Shown here one piece after another: positions 1 to 9,238 of a stretch of 64,000 nucleotides of DNA. Position numbers and translations under genes: made by a program. The notes below the pieces were generated by a model. The model was not told where the DNA came from. It was given only the letters and a program-made list of their open reading frames with translations, and searched no databases. This DNA comes from Bacteroidaceae bacterium (GTDB lineage Bacteria; Bacteroidota; Bacteroidia; Bacteroidales; Bacteroidaceae), in NCBI GenBank assembly GCA_017480685.1, contig JAFUSD010000002.1, forward strand, positions 14,287-78,286. The letters run 5' to 3'. The number at the start of each line of letters is the position of its first letter. The stretch's first letter is position 1.

Positions 1-127
1 GTGCATACACTGCCACGAAACCCAGGAACAGCCACAGGAAGAGGCCGCTGCTGAAGATGAGCGGCTCGGATGGGTTGTAGGTGAGTTGCTGTAGTATGTT
101 GTCGAGTATGTGTGGTGTGTCAGTCAT
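1..127 (-). CDS. MBOAT-family membrane O-acyltransferase, N-terminal ~42 codons only (runs off the left edge)
   Basis: Minus-strand ATG at 127 reads MTDTPHILDNILQQLTYNPSEPLIFSSGLFLWLFLGFVAVYA. A short lead followed by a hydrophobic helix is typical of AlgI/DltB-like MBOAT N-termini. It lies directly downstream of an SGNH hydrolase. Confidence 0.45.
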   Translation of the reverse strand, partial: MTDTPHILDNILQQLTYNPSEPLIFSSGLFLWLFLGFVAVYA

Positions 128-181
128 CTCGTTGCTGTTGCTTCAGTGTTTTTTACCTTTATCAGTGTTTTTTTACCTTTA

Positions 182-1567
182 TCAGTGTGTGTTCCCTTCG
201 GTGGGTCTTGAGCCGTTTTGCTCGGTTTCATCGGCATTTTCGGCACGTTTCACTTCGTTGGCGCGCTCTGTCTGGAGGAAGTCGAAGAGCAGTTGGCCGA
301 GCACTTCGCCACCGCGGAAGTTGATGTGTGTGTAGTCATGGTTGGCCTTGCCCTCGGCATGCAGGCGAGCCATGCTGCCTTCGCCTCCCATCGCCTCTTG
401 CAGGTTCCAGAACATGATGCCTTCTTCCTCGGCCATCTGCCGCTGTATCTCCACCAGTTCAAGCACTCCATCCATGGTGTGGAACTGTCCGTCGGCACCA
501 CGCACATCGCGGTCGTTCATGCTTACGAGCAGGATACTGGCCTGTGGGAAGATTTGCTTGTAGAGCTCGATACACTTCTTGAACCGCTCTTTATATGGCT
601 GGTAGGTCCTGACAGTGGGCGATGCCATATTGAGGCCGAAGTGCAGGATGATGAGGTCGTAGGGTCGCAGCCGTGCAAACTGCTGCAGCGTGTGTTCGGG
701 TATGGCACCGATATGGTAGCCTGGACTGCCACGCATGGGGAAGCAGTCGAGCGTGATGCCCCGCCACGACTCGAATGCCATGCCATAGAAGCGGCCATCG
801 CCCTCCACATTCACCCTCACACGCCCCATCTTGCCTTTCAGCGTGAGAGCCACAATGGTGTCGGGCGCGATGGTGTCGTCGTCGCATTGGTAGAGTGGCT
901 GGAAGGCAGTGCCGTTGACTGAGCCGTTGAGTTTCATACCTGGCGACGGGGTGAAAAAGAGAGTAGCACGCAGCATGGTGTCGAGCTGTTCGCCATACAC
1001 ACGTTTCTGTCCGCGAATGTCGATATATGCCCCTGGGGTGGGTGTGTAGTATCGTCCGCTTATACCTTGGAGCTCAGGGTCGAAGCCGCTGCTGTTGCTG
1101 CCTACGGCATTGTGCTCCTGCCATCCGCGACTCATCTCGAGCACCGTAGTGCGGAATCCGGCGGTAGACGACTGGATGTCGACCCATCCCACGCCCTTGC
1201 CTCCATACACCTGCTGGAGCAGGTTGCGCAGGGATGCTGTCATGATGTCGCCCTCGATAAACGAGTCGCCGAAATATGCAATGCGCACAGGACGCAGTCG
1301 GGCCGAGTCGAGTATGGAGAAGAAATGGCCGAGGGTAGGCGGCAGGGTGTCTGCTTCCATGTCTTCACTTATGGTATCGGTGGCGGCAGGTATGGCTTCT
1401 TGTATGTTGTGTGTGGATTCTACAGCTGTTTTGCTCCTGACATCTGATAGTATATCTATATTGCGCAACTCATAATTGCCGATACGCATCGACGGCAGAA
1501 AGTGGAGGCCAATCAAGGCTGCCACTACCATGAGTATCAACAAAAATGTGCGTAGTCCTTTATCCAT
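182..1567 (-). CDS. SGNH/GDSL-family hydrolase or acyl-esterase with an N-terminal membrane anchor
   Basis: 461-aa ORF. N-terminal TM segment LILMVVAALIGLHFL. GDS block in IAYFGDSFIEGDI. Overall AlgX/AlgJ-like SGNH layout. Confidence 0.75.
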   Translation of the reverse strand: MDKGLRTFLLILMVVAALIGLHFLPSMRIGNYELRNIDILSDVRSKTAVESTHNIQEAIPAATDTISEDMEADTLPPTLGHFFSILDSARLRPVRIAYFGDSFIEGDIMTASLRNLLQQVYGGKGVGWVDIQSSTAGFRTTVLEMSRGWQEHNAVGSNSSGFDPELQGISGRYYTPTPGAYIDIRGQKRVYGEQLDTMLRATLFFTPSPGMKLNGSVNGTAFQPLYQCDDDTIAPDTIVALTLKGKMGRVRVNVEGDGRFYGMAFESWRGITLDCFPMRGSPGYHIGAIPEHTLQQFARLRPYDLIILHFGLNMASPTVRTYQPYKERFKKCIELYKQIFPQASILLVSMNDRDVRGADGQFHTMDGVLELVEIQRQMAEEEGIMFWNLQEAMGGEGSMARLHAEGKANHDYTHINFRGGEVLGQLLFDFLQTERANEVKRAENADETEQNGSRPTEGNTH

Positions 1568-1616
1568 TTCTTACTAAAACATCGGCAGGTGGGTATCCTG
1601 CTCGCAAAACGACTGC

Positions 1617-1624
1617 AAAGGTAC
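1617..1624 (-). promoter_or_regulatory. Bacteroidota -7 promoter box TACCTTTG upstream of the SGNH gene
   Basis: The minus strand reads ttcgTACCTTTGcag about 50 nt upstream of the ATG at 1567. This matches the TAnnTTTG consensus. Confidence 0.5.
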
Positions 1625-1780
1625 GAAATATAAATGAATAAAGGGTTACGAATGGAGGATTATTTATAATAATAGGTTCTTATTTTTCTGTTCGGCTTCA
1701 CATCTGGGGCCTTCAAAGCAGAGGGATGCTTATGATGGCATCCCCCTGTGTCTTTATCAAGAAAAAAATCAGTATCGAGG

Positions 1781-3646
1781 TTACAGGCTTTGCAAAAGCT
1801 TCACCAATGCCTGGCGGCGTTCGCTCCATGTCTTGTAGTCGGAGGCTTTCAATTCTTTGGCGCCCTTCACCTTGGCTGTGGTGAGTATGCACGGTTTGGC
1901 CTTACCCTCATGGATGAGTTTGTCGGCAATGAGGTTGGCATGTGCTATCTTGAACCAGCTCTCGGCTGTGTCGGTGGCACCGGGAACGAGGCATATGGTC
2001 ACTGCCTTCGATGCCTTGGCAGCCTGCACCGAGGTGTAGGTGGCTGTCATGGTGCCGCCCTCGTCGATATAGGCCACGGTGCCCATTGGCGTGTCGCCCA
2101 TGTTTTGAAGGTAATATGGATTGGCGGGGTTCTCGAGTATGCTGTGCTTGAATCCGAGGTCGGGTGCGAGGAACATGTTGGTGGGGTCGGCAGTGGGTGT
2201 ACCGTCGACCACGAAACGATACTTATATACGTCGTCGATACCTTCGGTCAGGGTGGTGCTCCACACTCCGTCGGCATCTCTCTGCATGGCCACCGACTCC
2301 TTCAGCATCTCGCCTTGCAGCAACACCTCGTGAGCCGACGGGGCATTGATGCGCAGGGTGACACGGCCGTCGCTGAACTCGGGCGAGGTCACCTGGCGCG
2401 GGAAGAGCTGTGCCATCACTCCGGCAGTGAATTGTGGCTCCTGCCCTGTGGCTGCGGGTGCCGGTTTGCCTGCCTTCATGGCAGCCTCCGATGCTTCGGG
2501 ATTGAACAGCAGGCGCAGGGTACAGTCGAGGAAATAACGGGCGTTCATCCATGTGTGACCAAACTTGTCGGTCGTAAATTCCTTCACGCTGCGTATGCCG
2601 TGGCTGTCGAGGTGAGCCATATAGTCGCGGGCATTGCCGTAGAGGAAGTCGTCAGTGCCTACACCCAACCAAAACAAGTGGATGCGGCTGTTGGTATCGG
2701 TTGCATTGTCGTAGACGCCAGGGATGTTGGTAGCCGTAAACGAGCTGTAGGAACAGAGGTAGGAGAAGTGGTCAAGGTTGCGCAGACCGATGCCAAGTCC
2801 TTGATTTCCACCGCGCGAGAATCCGCCGATGGCTCGATGGTCGCGGTCGGCCAGGGTGCGATAGTGTGAGTCGACATACGGCATGAGGTCGCCCATGAGG
2901 TCGTCGCCCACCACATCGCGCATCATCATACCCATGCCACCCATCATGCCACCTTGTGGCTGGCGCGGAGGCAGCAACTTGGTCGGATTGCCGTAGGGCA
3001 ACACGATGATCATCTCCTGTGCCTTGCCCTCGGCCAACAGGTTGTCGAGTATGTAGTTCATTCGCCCTACCTTATAATATACTTCCTCGGTGTCGGTCGT
3101 GCCGCTCAGCAGGTAGAACACCGGATAACGCTTGTCGATATCTTTGTCGTAACGTGGTGGCAGATAGACGATTGCGTTGTTTACACCACCAAGGCTCTTC
3201 GACTGATAGCTCACATATTCCACGCGTCCGTGAGGCACGTTTCGGGCATCGGATATGAGTGTCCCCGACTTTGGATTCACCCTCAGCAGGCTGTTTTTGA
3301 AACCTTCGTTGGGGAAATAGCCCTCGGCCTTGGGATCCATCACCGAAAGACCATCCACCACGAAGCAATATGGATAGATGTCGGGGGTGGCAGGACCGAG
3401 TGTAACTGTCCACAGGCCGGTTTGCGCATCTTTCTGCATGGCTTTACGCCCTGCAAATTGCACGTCGACCATCACTTCATGAGCTTTGTCGTTCTCGTAT
3501 CTGAAGGTGACAGTGCCGTCGCTGTTTGTGGTGGTAGAACTGAATGTGGTCGTACCCTGTGCCATGAGGCAGGTGGATGCAGTTGGGATTTGCATGACCG
3601 TCATAAGGGCCATTGCCCGCAGTGTGTTTGCCAATGATTTGTTCAT
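1781..3646 (-). CDS. Secreted carbohydrate esterase (esterase-D / CE1-like alpha/beta hydrolase) with two E-set/CBM48-like modules; probable feruloyl or acetyl-xylan esterase
   Basis: 621-aa ORF with a signal peptide. Two Ig-like modules are visible (TVTFRYENDKAHEVMVDVQF..., RVTLRINAPSAHEVLLQGEM...). The esterase core shows RYPVFYLLSG and GGFSRGG nucleophile-elbow-like motifs. Confidence 0.8.
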   Translation of the reverse strand: MNKSLANTLRAMALMTVMQIPTASTCLMAQGTTTFSSTTTNSDGTVTFRYENDKAHEVMVDVQFAGRKAMQKDAQTGLWTVTLGPATPDIYPYCFVVDGLSVMDPKAEGYFPNEGFKNSLLRVNPKSGTLISDARNVPHGRVEYVSYQSKSLGGVNNAIVYLPPRYDKDIDKRYPVFYLLSGTTDTEEVYYKVGRMNYILDNLLAEGKAQEMIIVLPYGNPTKLLPPRQPQGGMMGGMGMMMRDVVGDDLMGDLMPYVDSHYRTLADRDHRAIGGFSRGGNQGLGIGLRNLDHFSYLCSYSSFTATNIPGVYDNATDTNSRIHLFWLGVGTDDFLYGNARDYMAHLDSHGIRSVKEFTTDKFGHTWMNARYFLDCTLRLLFNPEASEAAMKAGKPAPAATGQEPQFTAGVMAQLFPRQVTSPEFSDGRVTLRINAPSAHEVLLQGEMLKESVAMQRDADGVWSTTLTEGIDDVYKYRFVVDGTPTADPTNMFLAPDLGFKHSILENPANPYYLQNMGDTPMGTVAYIDEGGTMTATYTSVQAAKASKAVTICLVPGATDTAESWFKIAHANLIADKLIHEGKAKPCILTTAKVKGAKELKASDYKTWSERRQALVKLLQSL

Positions 3647-3786
3647 AATTGTTGTTGAAAAGATTTGGTTCGATTATGTGATGGTGGTGACAGAGAATTT
3701 ATGTCACGCGATAGCAATGATAGTAAAAAAGGCTCTCACATATATGTATTTAGCCATACTATGTTGAGAGCCTTAATCGGTGTGTG

Positions 3787-5757
3787 CTACTTCGCTACCT
3801 TATACACAGCAAATGTCTTGGCAGGGATGCTGACAGCGTAGGTAGGAGCTGTGACGGTGATTGATTGAGTCTTGGGCTCGTAGCGGTGTGGTTGGTCGAG
3901 GGTGTTCTCGCCTTCGAGCTCGTCGGCATGGAATGTGGTTACACTGCCGCTGTGTTCACCCTTCATGCCTTTGAGGTTGAGGGTAACCGACTGTGCACGG
4001 TCGCCTACGTTCACAATCTTGATGTAGTAGCAGTTGGCTTCCTTGTCGAAGTTGGCCGAAGCAAAGAGTCCGTCCTGGTCGCTGTTGCCTGCAACGGGTT
4101 TGCCTGCCATGGTGAGTGGAACGACATTGGTACCCTTGGTGAGTGAGTACATCTGCTGCACCTGATATGAGCAACTGCGGAACGAGCGGAGGTTGTCGTA
4201 CCAAATCATGTCGGGACGCCACTGCCAGCCTTCCACGTGTGCGAACAGAGGTGCATAGGTTGCCATCTCGACCACATCGGCATTGCGCTCAACGCCGGTG
4301 AGGAATGCAGCCTCGAGCAGTGCTGCGTTGAAGTGGTTCCACTTCTTGCCGCGACCGTGGCATGCATATTCGCCTGCAAACACCTTCGGGCCTTTGCGTG
4401 GATAGTTGTCGTAGCGGTTACCGCTTTGCAGGAACCAAGTCTCGGGGCGGTAGAAGTGTTCGTCGACAAGGTCGGCACCAATCTTGCGCATCTCGGGCCA
4501 CAGGAAGTCGAAGTCGTCGCCTTCGCTGTTGGGGCCTGATGTGCCGATTATCTTGATGTTGGGATACTTCTTGCGCACTTGGTCGACGAATGGCTTCAGG
4601 TGGTCGATGTAGGTCTGACCCCACTGCTCGTTACCGATGGCTACATACTTCAGGTTGAATGGAGCTGGGTGTCCCATGTCGGCACGCAGTTTTGCCCACG
4701 AGTTGGTGGCTGGGTCGCCGTTGGCAAACTCGATGAGGTCGAGCACATCGTCAATGTATGGTTGCAGTTCATCGACTGGCACGTGTGCACTTTCGCTTTG
4801 GTTTTGGAACTGACATGCAAGACCTACGCTGATAACTGGCAGAGGCTCAGAGCCGATTTCTTCGCTCAGGAGGAAATACTCGTAGAATCCGAGTCCGTAG
4901 CTCTGGTAGTAGTCGGGGAAGAAGCGGTAGTCGAATGTGTAGTGCCAGCGGTTTTCGTTGAGCGGACGGTTTTCGACAGGTCCCACCGAGTTCTTCCACT
5001 GATAGCGTGTGGCAAGGTCGGTACCCTCGACGATACATCCGCCTGGGAAGCGGAACACGCCTGGATGGAGGTCGGCCAGTGCTTGTGCCAGGTCTTGACG
5101 CATGCCGTTTTCGTGTCCTTTCCATGTGTCGGTGGGGAAGAGGCTTATGTGCTCGAGGTCAACAAGGCCGTTGCCGCGCAGCATGACGCGCAGTGTGCCC
5201 TTGTCTACAGTCTTTGCCGAGCGCAGCACTGCGGTGTATTTCTTCCATTCGTTGCCTTCGATGTTTACTTGTTGTTCGGTAAACTGCTGGCGCTCGTCCA
5301 TGGTCGAGGGGTCGCAGAGCATGACGCGGATAGTTGCTTTGCCGCCTTCAGGACAGCGTGCCCACACCGAGAAGCGGTAGTCTTTGCCTTGCTCAAGGCC
5401 GATGCCGAAGTATCCGGTGTTTTCCACTCCCGAGAACTTATCGCTGTGGCCGCTGTATCCCACTCGGATGTAGTGTGGGTTTTTGTCGAACGGGCCGTCG
5501 TTCTTCAGTTGTACGTTGCCAAACACGCTCCACCCCATGTAGTGGTCGGGGAATTCGAACGAGCGGTTCTTCACCAGTTCGCCATAGAGACCACCGTCGG
5601 CAGCGTAGTTGATGTCTTCGAAGAATATTCCGTACATGGTCGACGGAATCTGTGCTCCGAGTTTGCCTGTCTGTACCAGGAACTCGTGGCTTTGGGCATT
5701 GACTCCAACAGTAGTGAGTACTGCGGCCAAGGCCAAGGTCAGTCTTTTGTGTTTCAT
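3787..5757 (-). CDS. GH51 alpha-L-arabinofuranosidase
   Basis: 656-aa ORF with a signal peptide. N-terminal MYGIFFEDINYAADGGLYGELVKNRSFEF and catalytic-region AIGNEQWG are characteristic of GH51. Confidence 0.9.
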   Translation of the reverse strand: MKHKRLTLALAAVLTTVGVNAQSHEFLVQTGKLGAQIPSTMYGIFFEDINYAADGGLYGELVKNRSFEFPDHYMGWSVFGNVQLKNDGPFDKNPHYIRVGYSGHSDKFSGVENTGYFGIGLEQGKDYRFSVWARCPEGGKATIRVMLCDPSTMDERQQFTEQQVNIEGNEWKKYTAVLRSAKTVDKGTLRVMLRGNGLVDLEHISLFPTDTWKGHENGMRQDLAQALADLHPGVFRFPGGCIVEGTDLATRYQWKNSVGPVENRPLNENRWHYTFDYRFFPDYYQSYGLGFYEYFLLSEEIGSEPLPVISVGLACQFQNQSESAHVPVDELQPYIDDVLDLIEFANGDPATNSWAKLRADMGHPAPFNLKYVAIGNEQWGQTYIDHLKPFVDQVRKKYPNIKIIGTSGPNSEGDDFDFLWPEMRKIGADLVDEHFYRPETWFLQSGNRYDNYPRKGPKVFAGEYACHGRGKKWNHFNAALLEAAFLTGVERNADVVEMATYAPLFAHVEGWQWRPDMIWYDNLRSFRSCSYQVQQMYSLTKGTNVVPLTMAGKPVAGNSDQDGLFASANFDKEANCYYIKIVNVGDRAQSVTLNLKGMKGEHSGSVTTFHADELEGENTLDQPHRYEPKTQSITVTAPTYAVSIPAKTFAVYKVAK

Positions 5758-5821
5758 ACGTTTGATTAATTAGTTATTGGTTTTGATTATTGTATTATGT
5801 ACTTCGTCTGGCTCCTTCATA

Positions 5822-5935
5822 ACCTCCCTCAAATGGGGGAGTGGTTCTATCCGGATGGCATCATCCTTCCGTCAAATGGGGGTGGTTCTATCTGGATGGC
5901 ATCATCCCCCTTTTGGGGGATAAGAGGGGGCTCTT
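5822..5935. repeat. GC-rich mosaic hairpin element, family copy A: a 43-bp unit x2 plus G5/C5 hairpins
   Basis: tcaaatggggg(a)gtggttctatc(c/t)ggatggcatcatcc occurs at 5829-5866 and 5872-5907. It is followed by the hairpin tccccc-tttt-ggggga. It lies directly after the CE8 stop codon (5936). Confidence 0.8.
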
Positions 5936-7246
5936 CTACTTAAAGGGGTACACCACCTCGGGGCTTCGTGGGCCGAGCCCGCCGTACCAGTTGGCACAGC
6001 GCACACTGAAGCATGCGCCTTCGGGTGCCGAGGTAATGGTGTAGGTGGGTTGGGTGGTGAATGCTATTATCTTGCGGTCGCGACACACGGCGTAGCATCC
6101 GGCTTCGGGGATGTCGTCCCACGTGATTACCTTGCCTTTGGCCTTGAGCAGTGGTGGGCGCACTTGCGCGGCTCGCTGGTCGGGGTGCCATCCGGGAAAC
6201 ACGCGGTCGATGGTGTATGCCTCGGCTTCCGAGTCGGTCAGCACGGGGTTGTATGCCACTTGCTGTTGCTGCCCCATCGGGTTTCTGAAGGTTGTGCGGC
6301 GTGCACTGAGGTCCACCTGTGCGAAGTGGCTGTCGGTGGTGCTGTATTCGGCAAACAGGGCCGGCATGGTGCCGTTCATCTCACACCATCCTTCGGGTGC
6401 GGGTGTTACGTCCATCGAGCAGTTGAGCCACACACACCGCGGCGCGTTTTTCCACGGGCGTCCCAGGTGGAAACGTCCGTCCTGCTCGGGCGAGCCCGAC
6501 ACGTAGCAGTCGGCAAACACATAGCCGTAGGGGCTGGTGGCAGCAGTGGCGGGTGCGGTGATGACATCGCGGTTGCCAGTATCGCCACGGGGCAGCAGGC
6601 GTATGTCGCAGTGGTTGAAGTAGATGGTTCCACCGCCGCAGATGAAGTCGACGGTGCCGCTTATCTTGCAGTCTTCCAGGTAGGTGGTGCCGCCATCGTT
6701 GGTGTAGTATGTGTCTTGTGTCGACAGCAGGCTCACGTTTCTCAGTATGTTGCCGCGGCAGTTCTTCTCGTTGAGCGCCACGGCTCGGTTGGCAAATGCC
6801 CGCGGGTCGTTCTTGTAGTTCGACCACAGCTCCAGGTCTTGTATGTATGTGCTGTCGGCACCCTTCAGAAACAACGTGCTCGTGATGCTGATTCCCTCGT
6901 GCCAAGGACAGTTCTCAATCTGTGTCGAGCCCATGCTCTCGCCTATGATGCTGGTGTTGGGAGCCGTGAGCGTGGTCATGGGGCTTGGAAACTCCACCCT
7001 CTGGCCGTTTTCTACCACAGTTATCATGTTGCCTTCGCCCTTGATGCGATAATACTGCGGATGTATGAAGATTCGGAACCGCTTCGTTTTGTCGGCACGA
7101 TTGTTGGCGGCATGTATGGCATCTACAAACCCGCCATCGCGCGGCACGATGAAGTCGTAGGTCCATTTCCCCTGCGCGCTGCATGTGGTGCCGCTGCTCA
7201 CTACTGCCATGAGCACTATGATTTTTGTGAGTAATGTCGTGGTCAT
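5936..7246 (-). CDS. Pectin methylesterase (CE8)
   Basis: I chose the internal ATG at 7246 (MTTTLLTKIIVLMAVVSSGTTCSAQ signal peptide) over the ORF-track start at 7390. Pectinesterase motifs QDTYY and GTVDFICGGG are present, with a beta-helix-type sequence. Confidence 0.85.
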   Translation of the reverse strand: MTTTLLTKIIVLMAVVSSGTTCSAQGKWTYDFIVPRDGGFVDAIHAANNRADKTKRFRIFIHPQYYRIKGEGNMITVVENGQRVEFPSPMTTLTAPNTSIIGESMGSTQIENCPWHEGISITSTLFLKGADSTYIQDLELWSNYKNDPRAFANRAVALNEKNCRGNILRNVSLLSTQDTYYTNDGGTTYLEDCKISGTVDFICGGGTIYFNHCDIRLLPRGDTGNRDVITAPATAATSPYGYVFADCYVSGSPEQDGRFHLGRPWKNAPRCVWLNCSMDVTPAPEGWCEMNGTMPALFAEYSTTDSHFAQVDLSARRTTFRNPMGQQQQVAYNPVLTDSEAEAYTIDRVFPGWHPDQRAAQVRPPLLKAKGKVITWDDIPEAGCYAVCRDRKIIAFTTQPTYTITSAPEGACFSVRCANWYGGLGPRSPEVVYPFK

Positions 7247-7273
7247 GTGTCCGAGTCTTTTGTAATCGTCATG

Positions 7274-7281
7274 CAAAGTTA
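7274..7281 (-). promoter_or_regulatory. -7 promoter box TAACTTTG upstream of the pectinesterase gene
   Basis: The minus strand reads ctgcTAACTTTGcatg about 28 nt upstream of the ATG at 7246. Confidence 0.5.
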
Positions 7282-7501
7282 GCAGGTTTATGAGAATAAT
7301 GCAAGTTTCAGACAGAAAAACTGGCGATTTCACCGTGCATTTTCTGCATTTCGCACCATTTCCTGGCAATTGGCAACTCCTTAAACCCAAATCAGCAAGA
7401 CATCTGAACTAAAAACAAAAGCTGTTTTCATCATAACGCTAATGACTGGTTTGGGTTAAACAACGGGTTTTGAAGCAATGCCCCTGTGCGGATTGACAAG
7501 C

Positions 7502-7582
7502 GAGGATATCCTTGCGGGTCGTTGAGGATATCCTCGCGGGCTGTTGAGGATATCCTCACAGGGTGTTGAGGATATCCTCGCC
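7502..7582 (+). repeat. 22-bp tandem array, GAGGATATCCTC-core family, ~3.5 units
   Basis: Units: gaggatatccttgcgggtcgtt / gaggatatcctcgcgggctgtt / gaggatatcctcacagggtgtt / gaggatatcctcgcc. Intergenic between the comM stop and the CE8 start. Confidence 0.95.
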
Positions 7583-7656
7583 AACAGGCACCCCGCCATT
7601 ATCCTAAAACCATAACGGTGTGTGGCTTGTTGATGGCCTGTCACCTCACTGCGCCG

Positions 7657-9204
7657 TCAGCGTTCAATCCAGCTTTCGCGGTCGAGGTTGCGATATCCGA
7701 TGGCTTCGGCTATATGCTGTGGCCGGATGTCGGGGGCAGCTTCGAGGTCGGCTATGGTACGTGCAACCTTGAGGATGCGGTCATAGGCTCGCGCCGAGAG
7801 GTTGAGCCGGCGCATGGCATCGCGGAGGCGGGTCGCACTCTGCTCGTCGAGCTGTGCATACTTATGCAGGAGCGAGGTAGTCATCTGGGCATTGCAGTGT
7901 ATGCCTTTCACACCTGCATAGCGCTCTTCCTGAATCTTGCGGGCAGCCACAACCCGCTGGCGTATGGTGGCGCTCGATTCTCCCTTCGGTGCATTGACCA
8001 TATCGTTGAACGGCACGCTCTCCACCTCCACCTGGATGTCGATGCGGTCCATGAGGGGCCCGCTGATGCGGTTCATGTAGCGCTGAATCTGTGTCGGGGT
8101 GCAGACGCAGGTATGGGTGGGATGGTGGAGCCAGCCGCACGGACATGGATTCATCGATGCCACAAGCATGAAAGAGCAAGGCATGGTGATGTTGTATTTG
8201 GCGCGGCTGATGGTGATGATGCGGTCCTCGAGCGGCTGACGCAGGGTTTCGAGTACCGATTTGGAGAACTCAGTGAACTCGTCGAGGAAGAGTACACCGT
8301 TGTGTGCCAGACATATCTCGCCAGGCATGAAGTTGGTGCCGCCACCTACGAGGGCTACATCGGATATTGTGTGATGTGGTGAGCGGAATGGGCGCTGGCT
8401 GATGAGCGATGTGTCGCGACCAATCTTGCCAGCGATGCTGTGTATTTGTGTGGTCTCAAGACTTTCGGACAACGAGAGCGGAGGCAGGATGGATGGCAGA
8501 CGTTTCGACATCATCGACTTGCCACACCCGGGGCTGCCCACAAGCAGAATGTTGTGGCCACCGGCTGCTGCCACCTCGAAGGCGCGTTTCACATTCTCCT
8601 GACCCTTCACCTCGTCGAAGTCGAAATCGAAGTTAGACTGCTGGGCATAAAACTCCTCGCGCGTGTTGACCTCGGTGGGTTCGATAAGGGTGGTGCCGCT
8701 GAGGAAACCTATCACGTCCTGCATGTGGTGTATGCCATACACCTTCAGACGGTTGACCACAGCGGCCTCGCGTGCGTTGTCGTCAGGTACGAACAAGCCT
8801 TCGTAGCCCATCTCGCGTGCTTTAATGGCAATTGGCAGTGCGCCTTTCACGGGTTGCACAGTGCCGTCGAGGCTCAACTCGCCCACAAACATGTAGCGAT
8901 GCAACTGGTCGGTCGGCACCTTGCCCAGCGATGCCATGATGCCGATGGATATAGGCAGGTCGAAGCCCGACCCTTCTTTCTTCACGTCGGCTGGTGCCAG
9001 GTTGACCACCACCTGCTTCATGGCCATCTTGTAGCCATTGGTCTGGAGCGATGAAAGCACTCGCTCCTGGCTTTCGCGCACCGCGCTGTCGGGCAGTCCC
9101 ACGATTGAGAAGCGGAACTGGGGATTGGTGGTGACGCTCACTTCGATGGTGATGGGCAGGGCTTCGAGGCCTTGCATGGTGGCGGATGACAATTTTGCAA
9201 TCAT
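7657..9204 (-). CDS. comM: YifB/ComM-family Mg-chelatase-like AAA+ ATPase
   Basis: 515-aa ORF. N-terminal Lon-protease-like domain (MIAKLSSATMQGLEALPITIEVSV), Walker A LLVGSPGCGKSM, and a C-terminal Mg-chelatase subunit ChlI-like region. Confidence 0.9.
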   Translation of the reverse strand: MIAKLSSATMQGLEALPITIEVSVTTNPQFRFSIVGLPDSAVRESQERVLSSLQTNGYKMAMKQVVVNLAPADVKKEGSGFDLPISIGIMASLGKVPTDQLHRYMFVGELSLDGTVQPVKGALPIAIKAREMGYEGLFVPDDNAREAAVVNRLKVYGIHHMQDVIGFLSGTTLIEPTEVNTREEFYAQQSNFDFDFDEVKGQENVKRAFEVAAAGGHNILLVGSPGCGKSMMSKRLPSILPPLSLSESLETTQIHSIAGKIGRDTSLISQRPFRSPHHTISDVALVGGGTNFMPGEICLAHNGVLFLDEFTEFSKSVLETLRQPLEDRIITISRAKYNITMPCSFMLVASMNPCPCGWLHHPTHTCVCTPTQIQRYMNRISGPLMDRIDIQVEVESVPFNDMVNAPKGESSATIRQRVVAARKIQEERYAGVKGIHCNAQMTTSLLHKYAQLDEQSATRLRDAMRRLNLSARAYDRILKVARTIADLEAAPDIRPQHIAEAIGYRNLDRESWIER

Positions 9205-9238
9205 GAGGCAGTGGGGGCAATTATGAGGGGCGGTGGAG

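Noticed and set aside
4579-5769. Long antisense or alternative-frame ORFs overlapping well-supported genes: 218-922, 1748-2869, 2954-3637, 4579-5769, 6050-7234, 7618-8382, 9201-10520, 10975-11925, 12903-13637, 15257-16174, 18237-19004, 24754-25725, 33434-34102, 35626-36378, 44334-45068, 47099-48025, 48476-49381, 49587-50354, 56539-57591, 58178-58813, 59748-60536, 62604-63374
   Set aside because: Each lies opposite or out of frame with an ORF that has clear family motifs. Their translations are Arg/His/Val/Gly-rich with no recognisable domains. This is typical of shadow ORFs in moderately GC-rich, codon-biased genes.
7247-7390. N-terminal 48-codon extension of the pectinesterase ORF (MGLRSCQLPGNGAKCRKC...)
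   Set aside because: The extension runs through the TAACTTTG promoter box and has no signal-peptide character. The internal ATG at 7246 starts a canonical signal peptide. Analogous extensions were trimmed for xerD (23510 to 23447), ndk (25547 to 25586), the CoA-transferase (53500 to 53440) and the 46073 ORF (to 46163).
7456-7644. ORFs called across the 22-bp arrays (7456-7644; 32963-33383; 47779-48350; 57615-57930) with repetitive peptides such as RISSTPCEDILNSPRGYPQRPA
   Set aside because: They exist only because the repeat lacks stop codons in some frames. The 22-nt period is not divisible by 3, so successive units are read in different frames. There are no start context, promoter box or flanking coding signal. 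They are non-coding repeat artefacts.
7657-9204. ComM/YifB AAA+ ATPase as part of a defence or prophage module
   Set aside because: It is a single conserved housekeeping-type gene with no nuclease, methylase or phage partner genes nearby. Its neighbours are trkH and a pectinesterase.
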